Positions 17,605-27,706 of a stretch of 64,000 nt of DNA are shown piece after piece. The stretch comes from Verrucomicrobiia bacterium (lineage in GTDB: Bacteria > Patescibacteriota > Saccharimonadia > Saccharimonadales > JAGQNK01), in assembly GCA_035489575.1 (NCBI GenBank), contig DATHJY010000011.1:148514-212513 (forward strand), read 5' to 3'. Under the pieces are notes generated by a model, which saw only the letters and a list, made by a program, of their open reading frames with translations, ran no database searches and was not told the origin of the DNA. Numbering within the stretch: position 1 is the first letter of the stretch; every line of letters starts with the position of its first letter. Position numbers and translations under genes: made by a program.

Positions 17605-19116
17605 TTACTGACCTGTGTAGCTTGCCAACGCCACAGCTATTTTGTCTTCTACGGTTGTTTTTGGAGATGCGCCAGCATAGTTGGTTTCCATGATAGAAAA
17701 TACCAGCTTCTCGCCATTGGCGGCGATTACATAACCGGATAGGGCGCTGACATTATCCAGGCTTCCGGTTTTGGCGTGCACATTACCCTCGGCGGGCGTT
17801 CCGCGCATGCGGCTGGCCAGGGTGCCACCAACCAACGGATCAGCATTACCCGCGATAGGCAGGGCGTTGTACCACAGCGTAAATATCGGGCGGTTTTGGG
17901 CCGCTAGCAACAAGTTGGTTGTTTGCTGCGGAGTGGTGAGATTTACATTGCTGAGGCCTGACCCGTCCACAAACTTCACCTTGCTAGCATCAACCCCATA
18001 GGAAGTCTGAACAATATTGAGCATGGCTGCTATGCCAGCGCCCCAGCTACCCTGATTGGCGGTCTTCTGGCCCACAGACTTGGTTAGAATTTCGGCTATG
18101 CCGTTGTTGCTTAGCTTCATGAAGGGAACAAGGATCTCAGACAGTGGCCGTGAAGAGTGTTCGATAATAGCAGTGGCTGTAGACGGCAGGGCCGCACTGC
18201 CGACTCCTTCTTTGGTGATGGTAACGCCATGTCGCACCAACGCTGCCCGAAGTAAGGTTGCAGCATATTTGGCAGGGTCGCCTACAGTGGACACTTGGTT
18301 CACAGTGGTGGCATCTGCGGGTATGCTGCCCTTGACCATGATGATGTTCGTGCCCATCTGTCGTTCCACCGACACGGTGTTGGCCGAACCGGCAGGACCA
18401 GTGACTGCCGTGTTTGCAAATGTCACGTAGTCGGTCTTGGGGTCTGTGTTCACTCGAGCAGGCTTGCCCACGTTATTTGCCGGATCTATCTTTACAATTA
18501 GGGCCCCAATGTCCAGATTGTCATTGGCGGCAACCGTCAGGGCAGAGATCTCTGGCTGGTAGTAGTACGGATTGCTGTCCCATCCCCAGTTATAGCCCAG
18601 ACGCTGATTGTCAAAATAGGTATCGTCGGCAATAATCTGGCCCTTTATGGTGGTTATGCCCTTGGCAACAATTTGCTTGGCAAGTTCATTGTAGTCTTTG
18701 GCTTTGAGGGTTGGGTCACCACGGCCCTTCAGATATAAATCTCCTCGCAGCGTATCGCCCGTATTGTTCAGCGTGCCATTTGTGCCAATAGTTGTCTGGA
18801 AACGAAAGCCCTCGCCCAGCACTTCCAGGGCGGCAGTAGAGGAATACAGCTTGGTATTAGATGCCGGAATGAGCAAACTATTTTTATTGCGGCTATACAG
18901 TTCTGTGCCATCGCTCGCCTTGCGCACCAACACACCAGTCTGAGCACCATCGACAGTCGGGTCTGCCAAAATGGTGTCGATCGTAGTTTGTAGACTGGCC
19001 TGGGCATCCGCATGAGGATTCAAGACAAATGAACCTACCCCGAATGTCGCAATAAAGAGTAATGCGCTCAAGGACAAACTACCTTTTTTAAGTATCAAAT
19101 GCGTGCTTATTTTCAC
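17605..19116 (-). CDS. dacB: D-alanyl-D-alanine carboxypeptidase/endopeptidase (PBP4, peptidase S13)
   Basis: Signal peptide. SNTK active-site motif (PASNTKLYSSTAALEVLG). SNN and KTG motifs (HAKTGSLDNV). Confidence 0.85.
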   Translation of the reverse strand: MKISTHLILKKGSLSLSALLFIATFGVGSFVLNPHADAQASLQTTIDTILADPTVDGAQTGVLVRKASDGTELYSRNKNSLLIPASNTKLYSSTAALEVLGEGFRFQTTIGTNGTLNNTGDTLRGDLYLKGRGDPTLKAKDYNELAKQIVAKGITTIKGQIIADDTYFDNQRLGYNWGWDSNPYYYQPEISALTVAANDNLDIGALIVKIDPANNVGKPARVNTDPKTDYVTFANTAVTGPAGSANTVSVERQMGTNIIMVKGSIPADATTVNQVSTVGDPAKYAATLLRAALVRHGVTITKEGVGSAALPSTATAIIEHSSRPLSEILVPFMKLSNNGIAEILTKSVGQKTANQGSWGAGIAAMLNIVQTSYGVDASKVKFVDGSGLSNVNLTTPQQTTNLLLAAQNRPIFTLWYNALPIAGNADPLVGGTLASRMRGTPAEGNVHAKTGSLDNVSALSGYVIAANGEKLVFSIMETNYAGASPKTTVEDKIAVALASYTGQ

Positions 19117-19245
19117 TATGTACCTTTCGTGCTAATGCTATTTTGTCTGACTAGTATACTCAAGGTACCGAGGGTCAAACTGTTAGATAATTCACGGTAT
19201 TTATTTATTAAAAATTACTTATATATCTGAATTTCTACGTGCAGG

Positions 19246-19671
19246 TTATCGACCTACCTCAGCCGAGCGATTACCGTAGGCAGTATCCAGAATATAGTCA
19301 GCTATGAGTTCGACGTCTCGTCTGTATTTCTCATCAGCCTTCATGGCGATAGCTTTCAAAAAGAGCAGTTTTTCAATCGATACAACTAGGTAATCACCCT
19401 CTTCGGCGGCACCCGCCTTGAGATATTCATAGTCAAAGGTGCAGATAGTGTTCCATGTCTCAAATTCATATTCGATTATCCCCACGTCGCCGTACAGCTC
19501 TTTGATATGCTCCGGATATTGTATGGCCAGGCGTTTGTGGTCTTCTGCCGCAACAACAAAGTCTATGTCTTTACCTGCCTTGCGAATACCGTAGTATTCC
19601 ATGGCTTTGCCGCCAATAAGCAGCGGCTTGTGGTGGAAGTCAAATTGTAGTTTGGACAGGTCAATCTTCAT
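19246..19671 (-). CDS. nucleotidyltransferase-fold protein (minimal NTase-like)
   Basis: LIGGKAMEYYGIRKAGKDIDFVV fits the G[GS]-x(9-13)-DxD NTase motif. Overlaps the upstream Nudix gene by 11 nt. Confidence 0.5.
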   Translation of the reverse strand: MKIDLSKLQFDFHHKPLLIGGKAMEYYGIRKAGKDIDFVVAAEDHKRLAIQYPEHIKELYGDVGIIEYEFETWNTICTFDYEYLKAGAAEEGDYLVVSIEKLLFLKAIAMKADEKYRRDVELIADYILDTAYGNRSAEVGR

Positions 19672-20191
19672 GGGAGTCTCTGGTTGTTATTTGGTAGGCT
19701 TCCCAGCCCGCTTCTATCACGGCCTGGTCTAAGGGGTTGAGTGGGGGAAGTGCATCGAGATCAAAGCTGCCAGACTCTAGGATTTCCTGGCCAGTTGGTA
19801 CCTGAAGTCCTGCTTTGGTCGTGGCCCAATAGTAGACCATGTAACTAGTAGGGAACGGGTAGGTTCTGTCGGGTTGTTGGTGTGCTATTGGTTGCCGCGC
19901 GGTAACCTTGCAGACAGCAAAGAGACAATGGCTATCGATAACAAAGCCGCCCTCTTCACGCGCTTCTCTCTTGAGCGTTTCGGCCAGCGTCTCGTCGTCT
20001 TCCCGGTGACCACCCAGCACTCCCCAGCCACGCTCGCTACACGCCAGTACTACTCTATTGCCGATGATAGCCGCACACAGAGCTGCCGTACAGAGTTCTT
20101 CAGGTGGCAGCTCGGAAGTTTCATATAGCTCCCAGGCTATGCCATCGCCCCATTCGCCAGACTCGATAAGTTTTTGGTAGTGGTTAGTCAC
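19661..20191 (-). CDS. Nudix hydrolase
   Basis: Nudix box GHREDDETLAETLKREAREEGGF. Confidence 0.75.
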   Translation of the reverse strand: MTNHYQKLIESGEWGDGIAWELYETSELPPEELCTAALCAAIIGNRVVLACSERGWGVLGGHREDDETLAETLKREAREEGGFVIDSHCLFAVCKVTARQPIAHQQPDRTYPFPTSYMVYYWATTKAGLQVPTGQEILESGSFDLDALPPLNPLDQAVIEAGWEAYQITTRDSHED

Positions 20192-20286
20192 ACCAGAATA
20201 ATAGCAAGGAGTAGTAATTTCTCATTACGCTTATGTGTTGTATGATATACTCCAGATATCGTAAATAAAAAACAGGGGTAATAAGG

Positions 20287-20763
20287 GTGAAAAACGTCAA
20301 GAAACCCAAGAGCACGAAGTCAAACAAAAACCTCCCAGGAAAGTTTTCTCGGCTATTTAGCAATAAAAAAATAGTGGTGCTGGTCGTTTTTGTACTAGCT
20401 TTTTCGTTAGTCGGTTCATACAGACTCTATAGCACCAGTGCAGCTGGCCAGAAGACAGTAAACACCTGCCGAGACCGTAACATTACCCTACGACGCGGCT
20501 CCACGGGGCCATGCGTAGAGACCGTCCAAAAGCTGATGACAGCCTTCAAGAATTTTAATGATCCCTCTTGGCCCGTACTCAGGGTTGACGGTCAATACGG
20601 ACCCCAAACAGAAGCTACCGTTAGAAAATACCAAAAACTCTCAGGCATAGCAGCCGACGGCGTAGTGGGCCCTCAAACATGGAGAGCACTTGATCTCAGC
20701 TGCATCCACTACGACCGAGACTTTGGCAAATACTATTCCGGCTGCGACTACTTCAATGGCTAG
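20287..20763 (+). CDS. peptidoglycan-binding domain protein (PG_binding_1)
   Basis: N-terminal TM anchor. VDGQYGPQTEATVRKYQKLSGIAADGVVGPQTWRAL is a PG-binding repeat. Confidence 0.75.
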   Translation: MKNVKKPKSTKSNKNLPGKFSRLFSNKKIVVLVVFVLAFSLVGSYRLYSTSAAGQKTVNTCRDRNITLRRGSTGPCVETVQKLMTAFKNFNDPSWPVLRVDGQYGPQTEATVRKYQKLSGIAADGVVGPQTWRALDLSCIHYDRDFGKYYSGCDYFNG

Positions 20764-20797
20764 ATAGCCATGCTAACAGCCACAAGCAAGGACGGTC

Positions 20798-22225
20798 ATG
20801 GACGCGCCCAATAAGCACCAAACCGGCTGGAACAGACACGCGTATATTGTCGTAGCCCTTGGTATTATCTTGATCACTTTGTGGTCATGGATGATGAGAC
20901 TGCGTATCACCACCCTGACCGGATCGTTCTTTGTTGGATACTTGTTTGCGATGCTCGGGTTCATTACCATAGTCGCCCTCAGTGTGGCTGGTTTTTGGCT
21001 GACCATCCGCTATTTTATGGCAGAGTATGCCAGCAAGAAACGCATTTCGTACTGGTTTTTGGTAAGACTTTTTGTCGTGTGGGCAGCGGTCGAATATACG
21101 ATCTCTATACTGGTAGCCATAGTCTGGATGGGACGAGGTGGTAGCCTGGACACCGTCTTGCCATTTGGCTCGTTCACTCCCTTTCTGGCCTATACGCCAT
21201 TTGGGCTACTGGCCCGTTTTGTCGGTTTTTACGGCCTATCGGCAGCTTTTGTAGTGATTGCAACCACATTGGCTGGTAAAAAGCTACGACGGTTTGCTAT
21301 ACCACTCATACTGGGCGCCAGCATTCTGATAGCAATAAGTTGGCTGGCATACCGACAGCCAACTGGACCAAGCACCAAAGTGCAGATCATAAGCAACAAG
21401 CTCGAGGACTGGCCTGCCGAGGCATCGACAGACAGCCAAATAGTTTTGTATCCAGAATATGGCCTGGATTACGCATCTCCCCGGATCATCGACAGCTTGT
21501 TCAAGAACAATACTGCCACAGATGCCCTCTATATAGGCTCGTGGCATAACCAGACTTCAGGCGGTGCTCAAAACGAGCTAGTTTTTGGATCTCACAAAAA
21601 GGGCGTTTTTGCCAGCCGCCAAAAAGCCCGGCTGATTCCTGCCGGCGAATACATACCTTACGCAGCAGAATACATCCTAAAAGCTACACATTCCCGCACC
21701 ATGCTTGCCAACTTTAAAGTCCAACGCGAACTACAACCCGGCACGGTCAAGGCCGCACCGGTCAGTCTAGGTAATGGAATCGTTGTGGGCAGTGGCGTGT
21801 GCGCTAGTATCATAGCGCCCGAAGATTATCGTCATATGACAAAGAACGGTGCGACCCTCCTAACCAATTCTGCCTCGCTTGGCATATTCGACAGCCCGAT
21901 CTTCGATATCGAGCATGCCGGACTAGCAAAGTTTATGGCCACGGCCAACGCACGTCCCTTTGTGCAGTCATCCAGCAACGGCTATGCCTTTGGCCTAGAC
22001 CATAACGGCAGGACACAGACCAGGATCAAACCAGGGACCAGTACCGTAACCACCCGTACAAACGCAAAGAAAACCCCCTACACATACCTTGGTGAATGGG
22101 TAGCTTATGTAGGTCTGGGTGCTATGACGTATGGCGGGCTCAAAAAACTAAGAGCCATGAAGGCCCGTCGCTCAGCAGGCACTAGGCAGCCAGCGCCGCA
22201 AGGACCAAAGCCAAAGCAGCGGTAG
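20798..22225 (+). CDS. apolipoprotein N-acyltransferase-like (polytopic membrane domain plus CN-hydrolase domain)
   Basis: Multiple N-terminal TM segments. E-K-C triad context VLYPEYG, QKARLIPAGEYIPY and GVCASIIAPED resembles Lnt. Confidence 0.6.
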   Translation: MDAPNKHQTGWNRHAYIVVALGIILITLWSWMMRLRITTLTGSFFVGYLFAMLGFITIVALSVAGFWLTIRYFMAEYASKKRISYWFLVRLFVVWAAVEYTISILVAIVWMGRGGSLDTVLPFGSFTPFLAYTPFGLLARFVGFYGLSAAFVVIATTLAGKKLRRFAIPLILGASILIAISWLAYRQPTGPSTKVQIISNKLEDWPAEASTDSQIVLYPEYGLDYASPRIIDSLFKNNTATDALYIGSWHNQTSGGAQNELVFGSHKKGVFASRQKARLIPAGEYIPYAAEYILKATHSRTMLANFKVQRELQPGTVKAAPVSLGNGIVVGSGVCASIIAPEDYRHMTKNGATLLTNSASLGIFDSPIFDIEHAGLAKFMATANARPFVQSSSNGYAFGLDHNGRTQTRIKPGTSTVTTRTNAKKTPYTYLGEWVAYVGLGAMTYGGLKKLRAMKARRSAGTRQPAPQGPKPKQR

Positions 22226-22622
22226 ACGAAAGTGTCCGGACCGTATGCAGCCACACCCACCTAGAACTGGGACCCTGAAATTTCGTACGAATCTTTTCCG
22301 CTTTAGCCTCGGACAGCTGGGCAGTATCAACCTTCATGAGTTCTGCATTCAGCGGCAAATGGCCAGCTACTGTTACTGCGTTGCTGCCAACAATTTGCAC
22401 AATAGTGGCTGCTAGTAGCAGCCCAAAACCCGGCTCGCCGCGCGTCAAAAATACGCCCGTGGGCAGTAAGATAACCGGCCCAAGAAAACTCAGCATAAAG
22501 ACAGGATTCACAATAGTGCAATCAATAGCCTGAAACATTTCTATGTGTGCTTTTGGTTTTAGTTTGCGCAAGGCAGGGACCACATCCACGCTAAAATCAT
22601 AAAGTAATCCTGCGTGAAGCAC
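22182..22622 (-). CDS. DUF1772-like membrane protein
   Basis: GTG start with AGGAG 9 nt upstream. FSVDVVPAL...HLPLNAEL pattern. Converges on, and overlaps, the end of the Lnt-like gene. Confidence 0.5.
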   Translation of the reverse strand: MLHAGLLYDFSVDVVPALRKLKPKAHIEMFQAIDCTIVNPVFMLSFLGPVILLPTGVFLTRGEPGFGLLLAATIVQIVGSNAVTVAGHLPLNAELMKVDTAQLSEAKAEKIRTKFQGPSSRWVWLHTVRTLSSTAALALVLAALAA

Positions 22623-23068
22623 GGTCAGGACTCCTGCTGTTATAACTAGGAGAAGATCTCACGCTGCGCCTGCTAGCAAGTGGTGGCTACTCTGCAACAG
22701 TGCTGCAGTACCAAGAACTTGGTGCGTGGGATTACAAGGGCTATCTTGGCACCCGCTAGGTCACAACTGGCCCCCTGTTCAAGCTCCTGGCCATAGAAGC
22801 TTCTGGCAGGCGCCTCAATAAACTAGACGATTTGGTAGGCACCGAAGTCGAACTACCCTACATGACACCAGATACCGAAATGAGCATTGTTCACAGCTAC
22901 AGAATTCCGGTCGAAGGTCCCCAGTGGCGCGAGGTGGCCGGACAAAATGGAACCCTACGGGCTCAGACCGAAAAAATGCCGCTAGAACTCTCCCAAGTAT
23001 ATTTTGGCACCACACAAAAACACCCGCTGTTTTGACTAATATCTAGCCGCAACCGACAGCGACAAAGT

Positions 23069-24193
23069 CTAGTCAAGCTTGTGCAAAATGTTCTTTATGT
23101 CCGCTGCCTGAGCTGCCACGTCTTCTAGTCCGGCGTGGAAGCGTAGTACGGTTCCTTGGGGCGAGCTAGCGTGATCAGCTAGGTCTTGGGGCTGGAAAGG
23201 CAACACCAAGCTTTTGGTGCCACCCCAGGATTCACCAATAGAAAAAACCCGAAGACCGCTCAAAATATCCTGCAGCTCTTCATTGCTGTAGACGCGGTAT
23301 AGCTCAACAGCAAACAGCCCGTTGGATCCTTTTAGCTCGGTAGTAGCCGATGGCCCACCGCAAAAGATTCGCGCAACTGCCGGTGATTTTCGTACAATGC
23401 GTAACAGCCTAGCGGCACTACGGGCATGAGCAATAATACGCGTCGGAAGGGTTTCCAGCCCACGCTGGACAAGCATTGCAGAAAATGGCGACACGGTATA
23501 GCCGTGCACCCGATGGTCATAAGCAAGCTGCTTGTACAGCTGTTCGTCTCGGGTCGTCACCGACCCCATAAACACATCAGAGTACCCCGCGGCATATTTG
23601 GTCAGGCTTAGTATGCTGATATCAACACCCGTATCGAGCGGTTTGCAGAGCACACCAGACGCCCAGGTATTGTCAGCAGAAACTAACAAGCTATGCCCGC
23701 GGGCAATTGCCACCACACCCGCAATAGGTGTTGTCTCGAACGTTACAGAACACGGTGATTCTATATGAATAAGCTTGCTATGTGGCGTAATGAGACGCTG
23801 CAATGACTGGGGATCGAGCGGATCGTACATGTCATACGAAATATCGTAGCGCTCTTTGAGGTATCGGGCATATCGTTGCATCGGCCCGTACACGCCAGCT
23901 GGGAGCAACCAGTGATCACCCGATCGCAGCAAACCACCAAGTGCCGTCAAAGCCGTCATGCCGCTAGAATACAGGAGGCTACGGCTGCCATTTTCTAATT
24001 GCGACACGGCATCTTGCAAGGCATGGCAGGTTGGATTGCCCTGCAGGCCATAGCCATTATCAAGTCCGCGAGCGGTTTGTCCTGCAAGCTTCGGTGCGCC
24101 CTCGCCCGCCTGTACAAAATCCCCCAGGCTATCAAAGTGCAAGCTACTGCTCAAATGCACATGTCGAGTTATACCATTGTGTTGTCTGGACAT
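23069..24193 (-). CDS. Cys/Met-metabolism PLP-dependent lyase (cystathionine beta-lyase-like)
   Basis: PLP-lysine context ISILSLTKYAAGYSDVFMG. Overall length and motifs match the MetC/MetB family. Confidence 0.75.
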   Translation of the reverse strand: MSRQHNGITRHVHLSSSLHFDSLGDFVQAGEGAPKLAGQTARGLDNGYGLQGNPTCHALQDAVSQLENGSRSLLYSSGMTALTALGGLLRSGDHWLLPAGVYGPMQRYARYLKERYDISYDMYDPLDPQSLQRLITPHSKLIHIESPCSVTFETTPIAGVVAIARGHSLLVSADNTWASGVLCKPLDTGVDISILSLTKYAAGYSDVFMGSVTTRDEQLYKQLAYDHRVHGYTVSPFSAMLVQRGLETLPTRIIAHARSAARLLRIVRKSPAVARIFCGGPSATTELKGSNGLFAVELYRVYSNEELQDILSGLRVFSIGESWGGTKSLVLPFQPQDLADHASSPQGTVLRFHAGLEDVAAQAADIKNILHKLD

Positions 24194-24266
24194 CTTATAC
24201 CTCTCCTTTTCCCGTATCGTAAAAGCCTATTGTCACATACCCTCATGTGGGCACAAGATTCGAAAT

Positions 24267-25928
24267 TTATTGGCCGACTTGTACAACCTCGCCGCCTAGT
24301 TTAGAGACAAAGAAACTATCGTGAGAGATATAAATAATCGCCCCGTGATACTGCATGAGAGCGTTTTCGAGCTCCTCGATGCTTGGTAGGTCAAGGTGGT
24401 TGGTTGGTTCGTCGATAATAAGTATCTGAGGGTCACTGGCCAGCATTGCAATGAGCTGCAGGCGCGCCTTTTGGCCACCACTGAGTTTCATAACTGGCAT
24501 ATCACCATCGGCGGCGGGGTTGAACAAGTAGTCTCCCAGCAATTGCTTGATATGCTGTGGATTAATAGGCAAGTCTTTGTCTCGCAGTATTTGCTCGACC
24601 GCGCCTGATAGTGTCAGGGATAGATATTTCTGGCTTATCTCTTGTTCGTATAGTCCAATTCTCAGCTCTTTTGCCAGGTGTATTTTGCCAGCAAAGCACT
24701 GCGATAACAAAGGCGTTCCTTGGACTTGCGCCATAATAGCCTGGACCAGCGTAGTCTTGCCGGCACCATTGCGTCCGTGCAGCCGCAGCCGTTCGCCTTC
24801 ATGCAGCGAAAAGCTGATCCCGCTGAATAACGGCTGACTGTCATAGCCCAGGCTCAGGTCAGTGGCTTGAACCAAGAGTTTTTCGCCTTGGTCGGTTGCT
24901 TTTGCACGGGTGCGCACACGAATGTTTGTGGCCTTGTATTTATCATAGGTGTCAGCAAGTTTATGATGCATGCTTCCGGCCGATTCTTGATCGATCCAGA
25001 ATGACGGTTTATCTAGTGCGGACAGCTTCTCTAGTTCGTCCTTGGCTTTCTGTTCTTGCGATTTAAAGCGACGGATAGTGCCGGGTGTGCGTGATTTTTC
25101 TTTCATCCGGCGAAAGCGTATGACATCTTCCTTCAGGTTCTCTATGCGCTTTTGGGTCAGGTCATAGGTATTCACCTGCGCCGACATTTGGTTTTTGTTG
25201 GTCTTTAGATATTTATCGTAGTTGCCGTTAAAGGTATAACTTATGCCGTCACGGATTTCTATAATACGGTCCACGCTGCCTAACACATCGCGGTCATGGG
25301 TAATCACTACCACCGCTTCATTGGTGGCTCTGAGCCATTTGATAAATGACTCTTTGGCAATGTAGTCCATGTGGTTGGTTGGCTCATCGATAAGTGCCAG
25401 GTGACCCCGACTACGCTGTACCTTGATGAGTTCTATCATGCGCTTTTGGCCACCACTCAGTGATCCCAGCGGCTGGTGCATGTATGCTGGATCTATCTGA
25501 TACGCCTCAAAAGCTTGTTCGATTTCATTCTCTAGCTGGTAGTACCCAAGCTCAGAAAAACGATCCAGTGCGTTAGTGAATTCCTGTATCTTGCGCGGAA
25601 CACTGCCCATCGTGGCAGGATAGGTATCGATAATATGCACCAGCTGCCGATATTCAGGCAGGTCACCCTGAATATATTCCAAGACCGTTTTGTCTTCGAG
25701 GCCGTGGTGTTCCTGGCGGCTGCTAACAATAATAGAACCTTTACGCACTTGCACCTCGCCCTGGAAGTCCTTGTCTTCGCCAGAAAGAATATTGAACAAG
25801 GTAGACTTGCCGGTGCCATTGCGCCCGATCAGCCCAATTTTTTCTTTGTCTTGGATTTCAATAGCAACTCCTGTGTGCAGGAATTTGTTTCCAAAAGATT
25901 TTTCCGTAATAGTGGCAGATAGTAGCAT
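24267..25928 (-). CDS. ABC-F family ATPase (two ABC domains, no TM domain)
   Basis: Two Walker A motifs (GRNGTGKST, GRNGAGKTT), two LSGGQ signatures and a charged linker. Confidence 0.85.
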   Translation of the reverse strand: MLLSATITEKSFGNKFLHTGVAIEIQDKEKIGLIGRNGTGKSTLFNILSGEDKDFQGEVQVRKGSIIVSSRQEHHGLEDKTVLEYIQGDLPEYRQLVHIIDTYPATMGSVPRKIQEFTNALDRFSELGYYQLENEIEQAFEAYQIDPAYMHQPLGSLSGGQKRMIELIKVQRSRGHLALIDEPTNHMDYIAKESFIKWLRATNEAVVVITHDRDVLGSVDRIIEIRDGISYTFNGNYDKYLKTNKNQMSAQVNTYDLTQKRIENLKEDVIRFRRMKEKSRTPGTIRRFKSQEQKAKDELEKLSALDKPSFWIDQESAGSMHHKLADTYDKYKATNIRVRTRAKATDQGEKLLVQATDLSLGYDSQPLFSGISFSLHEGERLRLHGRNGAGKTTLVQAIMAQVQGTPLLSQCFAGKIHLAKELRIGLYEQEISQKYLSLTLSGAVEQILRDKDLPINPQHIKQLLGDYLFNPAADGDMPVMKLSGGQKARLQLIAMLASDPQILIIDEPTNHLDLPSIEELENALMQYHGAIIYISHDSFFVSKLGGEVVQVGQ

Positions 25929-26004
25929 GTTGTTCCTTGTCGGTGCTACTCAGTATAGCCTGGGTGACCCCTTGTCCGAAGAAATCGGCTCAAACTAAAT
26001 TCTG

Positions 26005-26283
26005 TTACTGACGCTTTTTTGTCTTTGAAGCAGACTGCTTCTGTTTCTCGGCCCGATCGCGTTTGTGTCTAAAATGACTCTCTGCTGTCCCCGCAAAGGT
26101 AGCTACGCCCCCGGCAAGCGTACCAACAATCACGTTACCCTGGAGCGTAGTGATCGTAGCTACGATCCCGCTTACAAGAGCAAGCGGAAGCAGAATCTTG
26201 CTAGCTAAAGGCACTGGTGATGCAAGCCACATAGCAAGCGGCATGAAAGCGATCAGAATAAATAAGCTGCCAACTGGAGACAT
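26005..26283 (-). CDS. small membrane protein, hypothetical
   Basis: 92 aa with two or three hydrophobic segments and a basic C-terminal tail. Confidence 0.4.
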   Translation of the reverse strand: MSPVGSLFILIAFMPLAMWLASPVPLASKILLPLALVSGIVATITTLQGNVIVGTLAGGVATFAGTAESHFRHKRDRAEKQKQSASKTKKRQ

Positions 26284-26327
26284 AGGCCTATTCTACTGCC
26301 AATCCTTCTGCAACTCGCGAGGATTTC

Positions 26328-27449
26328 TCACAACCGTAGAGTACGTACCATGGGAAGTTTGGTGGTGGCGTAGTGAGCCTCTAGCTCTTCAGGGGAGGGT
26401 ACTGCCACCGTAGGGCCATATTCACTTATGCACAAACGTGCCATGATGGTTGCCGTATTACCTACCTCGTGCCAAGGCTTCTTGGCAATAATATCCAGGA
26501 GCGTGCCGGCAACCACCGAGTCACCAGCACCAGTTGTATCTACTATTGGCAGCGCGTCCTCCCTCTGTGCTCCTGGCGGCTCCCACCATGGGGCCGCTAC
26601 GGCGTGAACAGTCAGGTCGTCCTCGTCACGCACATACGCTACGCTCATGTACAAGTTCTCATCCCGACCAATCGTCTCACCCGCTCCAAGGGTAATTACT
26701 GCCGACTTGCACCTTTGAAAGCGGCGCAAGTAGGCTAAAGCCGCTGCTTCGTAGTCCATTTCCATCAGCCCACTCACTTCATCTTTATTCACGAATAAAT
26801 AAGTAACTGGCTCAAAGAGGTCTTGATTTCGTTCCAGCAATGATACTTGACGACCGTCCGTATCGAGACCAAAAGTATAAAGTGCCCCGGGCGAAAAACT
26901 TACAGGAGCACCATTATCGCTTACTTTTTTCAGTGTATTTTGTAATATTTGAGTCTGCTTGTCCCTTAGGAAAGTTGCAGCGTGCACTAGGGTGTCCGGC
27001 CGCTGTGCGGTTAGCTCAGTAACTCTAGCCGCATCCTGTTCACCATACTGGTTAGTTGCACTGTTGGGAGTGATTGAGTTCAGAATAAACCGGCCACCCC
27101 CTTTGTACACAATTACTTCAGTAAGGGGAGTATCGGCCCCAGGAATAACGCGCACTAAACCATCAGTATAAACACCCCTACGTTCCAGCTCTTCAAGCAC
27201 ACAGAGACCGTTGGGGTTCTCCCCCGTAACGCAGTTCATACCCACAGACGCGTGCCGAGCCATGGCAACAAGGGTGTTGGTGGCCGAACCACCTACATGC
27301 CTGTCTGTGTGCTCAGCCACGAATGTATTGTCGCTATCAATCCCGTAGTCTTCCCCCACTGCAGTGATTCTATCTAGATTAAGAGCACCCACACCAACAG
27401 CGTCAAGAACCGGGCTCTCTCCTTCTAGAAAACTCATAACTAACTCCAA
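26328..27449 (-). CDS. PfkB-family carbohydrate kinase
   Basis: C-terminal DTTGAGDSVVAG motif and N-terminal GGSATN-type motif. Confidence 0.75.
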   Translation of the reverse strand: MELVMSFLEGESPVLDAVGVGALNLDRITAVGEDYGIDSDNTFVAEHTDRHVGGSATNTLVAMARHASVGMNCVTGENPNGLCVLEELERRGVYTDGLVRVIPGADTPLTEVIVYKGGGRFILNSITPNSATNQYGEQDAARVTELTAQRPDTLVHAATFLRDKQTQILQNTLKKVSDNGAPVSFSPGALYTFGLDTDGRQVSLLERNQDLFEPVTYLFVNKDEVSGLMEMDYEAAALAYLRRFQRCKSAVITLGAGETIGRDENLYMSVAYVRDEDDLTVHAVAAPWWEPPGAQREDALPIVDTTGAGDSVVAGTLLDIIAKKPWHEVGNTATIMARLCISEYGPTVAVPSPEELEAHYATTKLPMVRTLRL

Positions 27450-27706
27450 AAGTCATTTACTTATTGAACGATCAGTCCGCTAGTATACATACCTGAAATG
27501 TAAGAATAAGTAAGTATAAATATCTGCTTCTCCAGAGTGCCAAAAAACGAATTAGATAACAAAAATTCATGATGTGCTGTTGTTTGTACGGCCGCCTGAG
27601 AATAATATTTCTAGTGCGAGACGGTAGGGTTTGTGTTCCTCGATTGACCCATCCATGCTCAGGAAAATCTATTGATGTAATGCGTAAGTGAGGATAAAAT
27701 AAGAAA

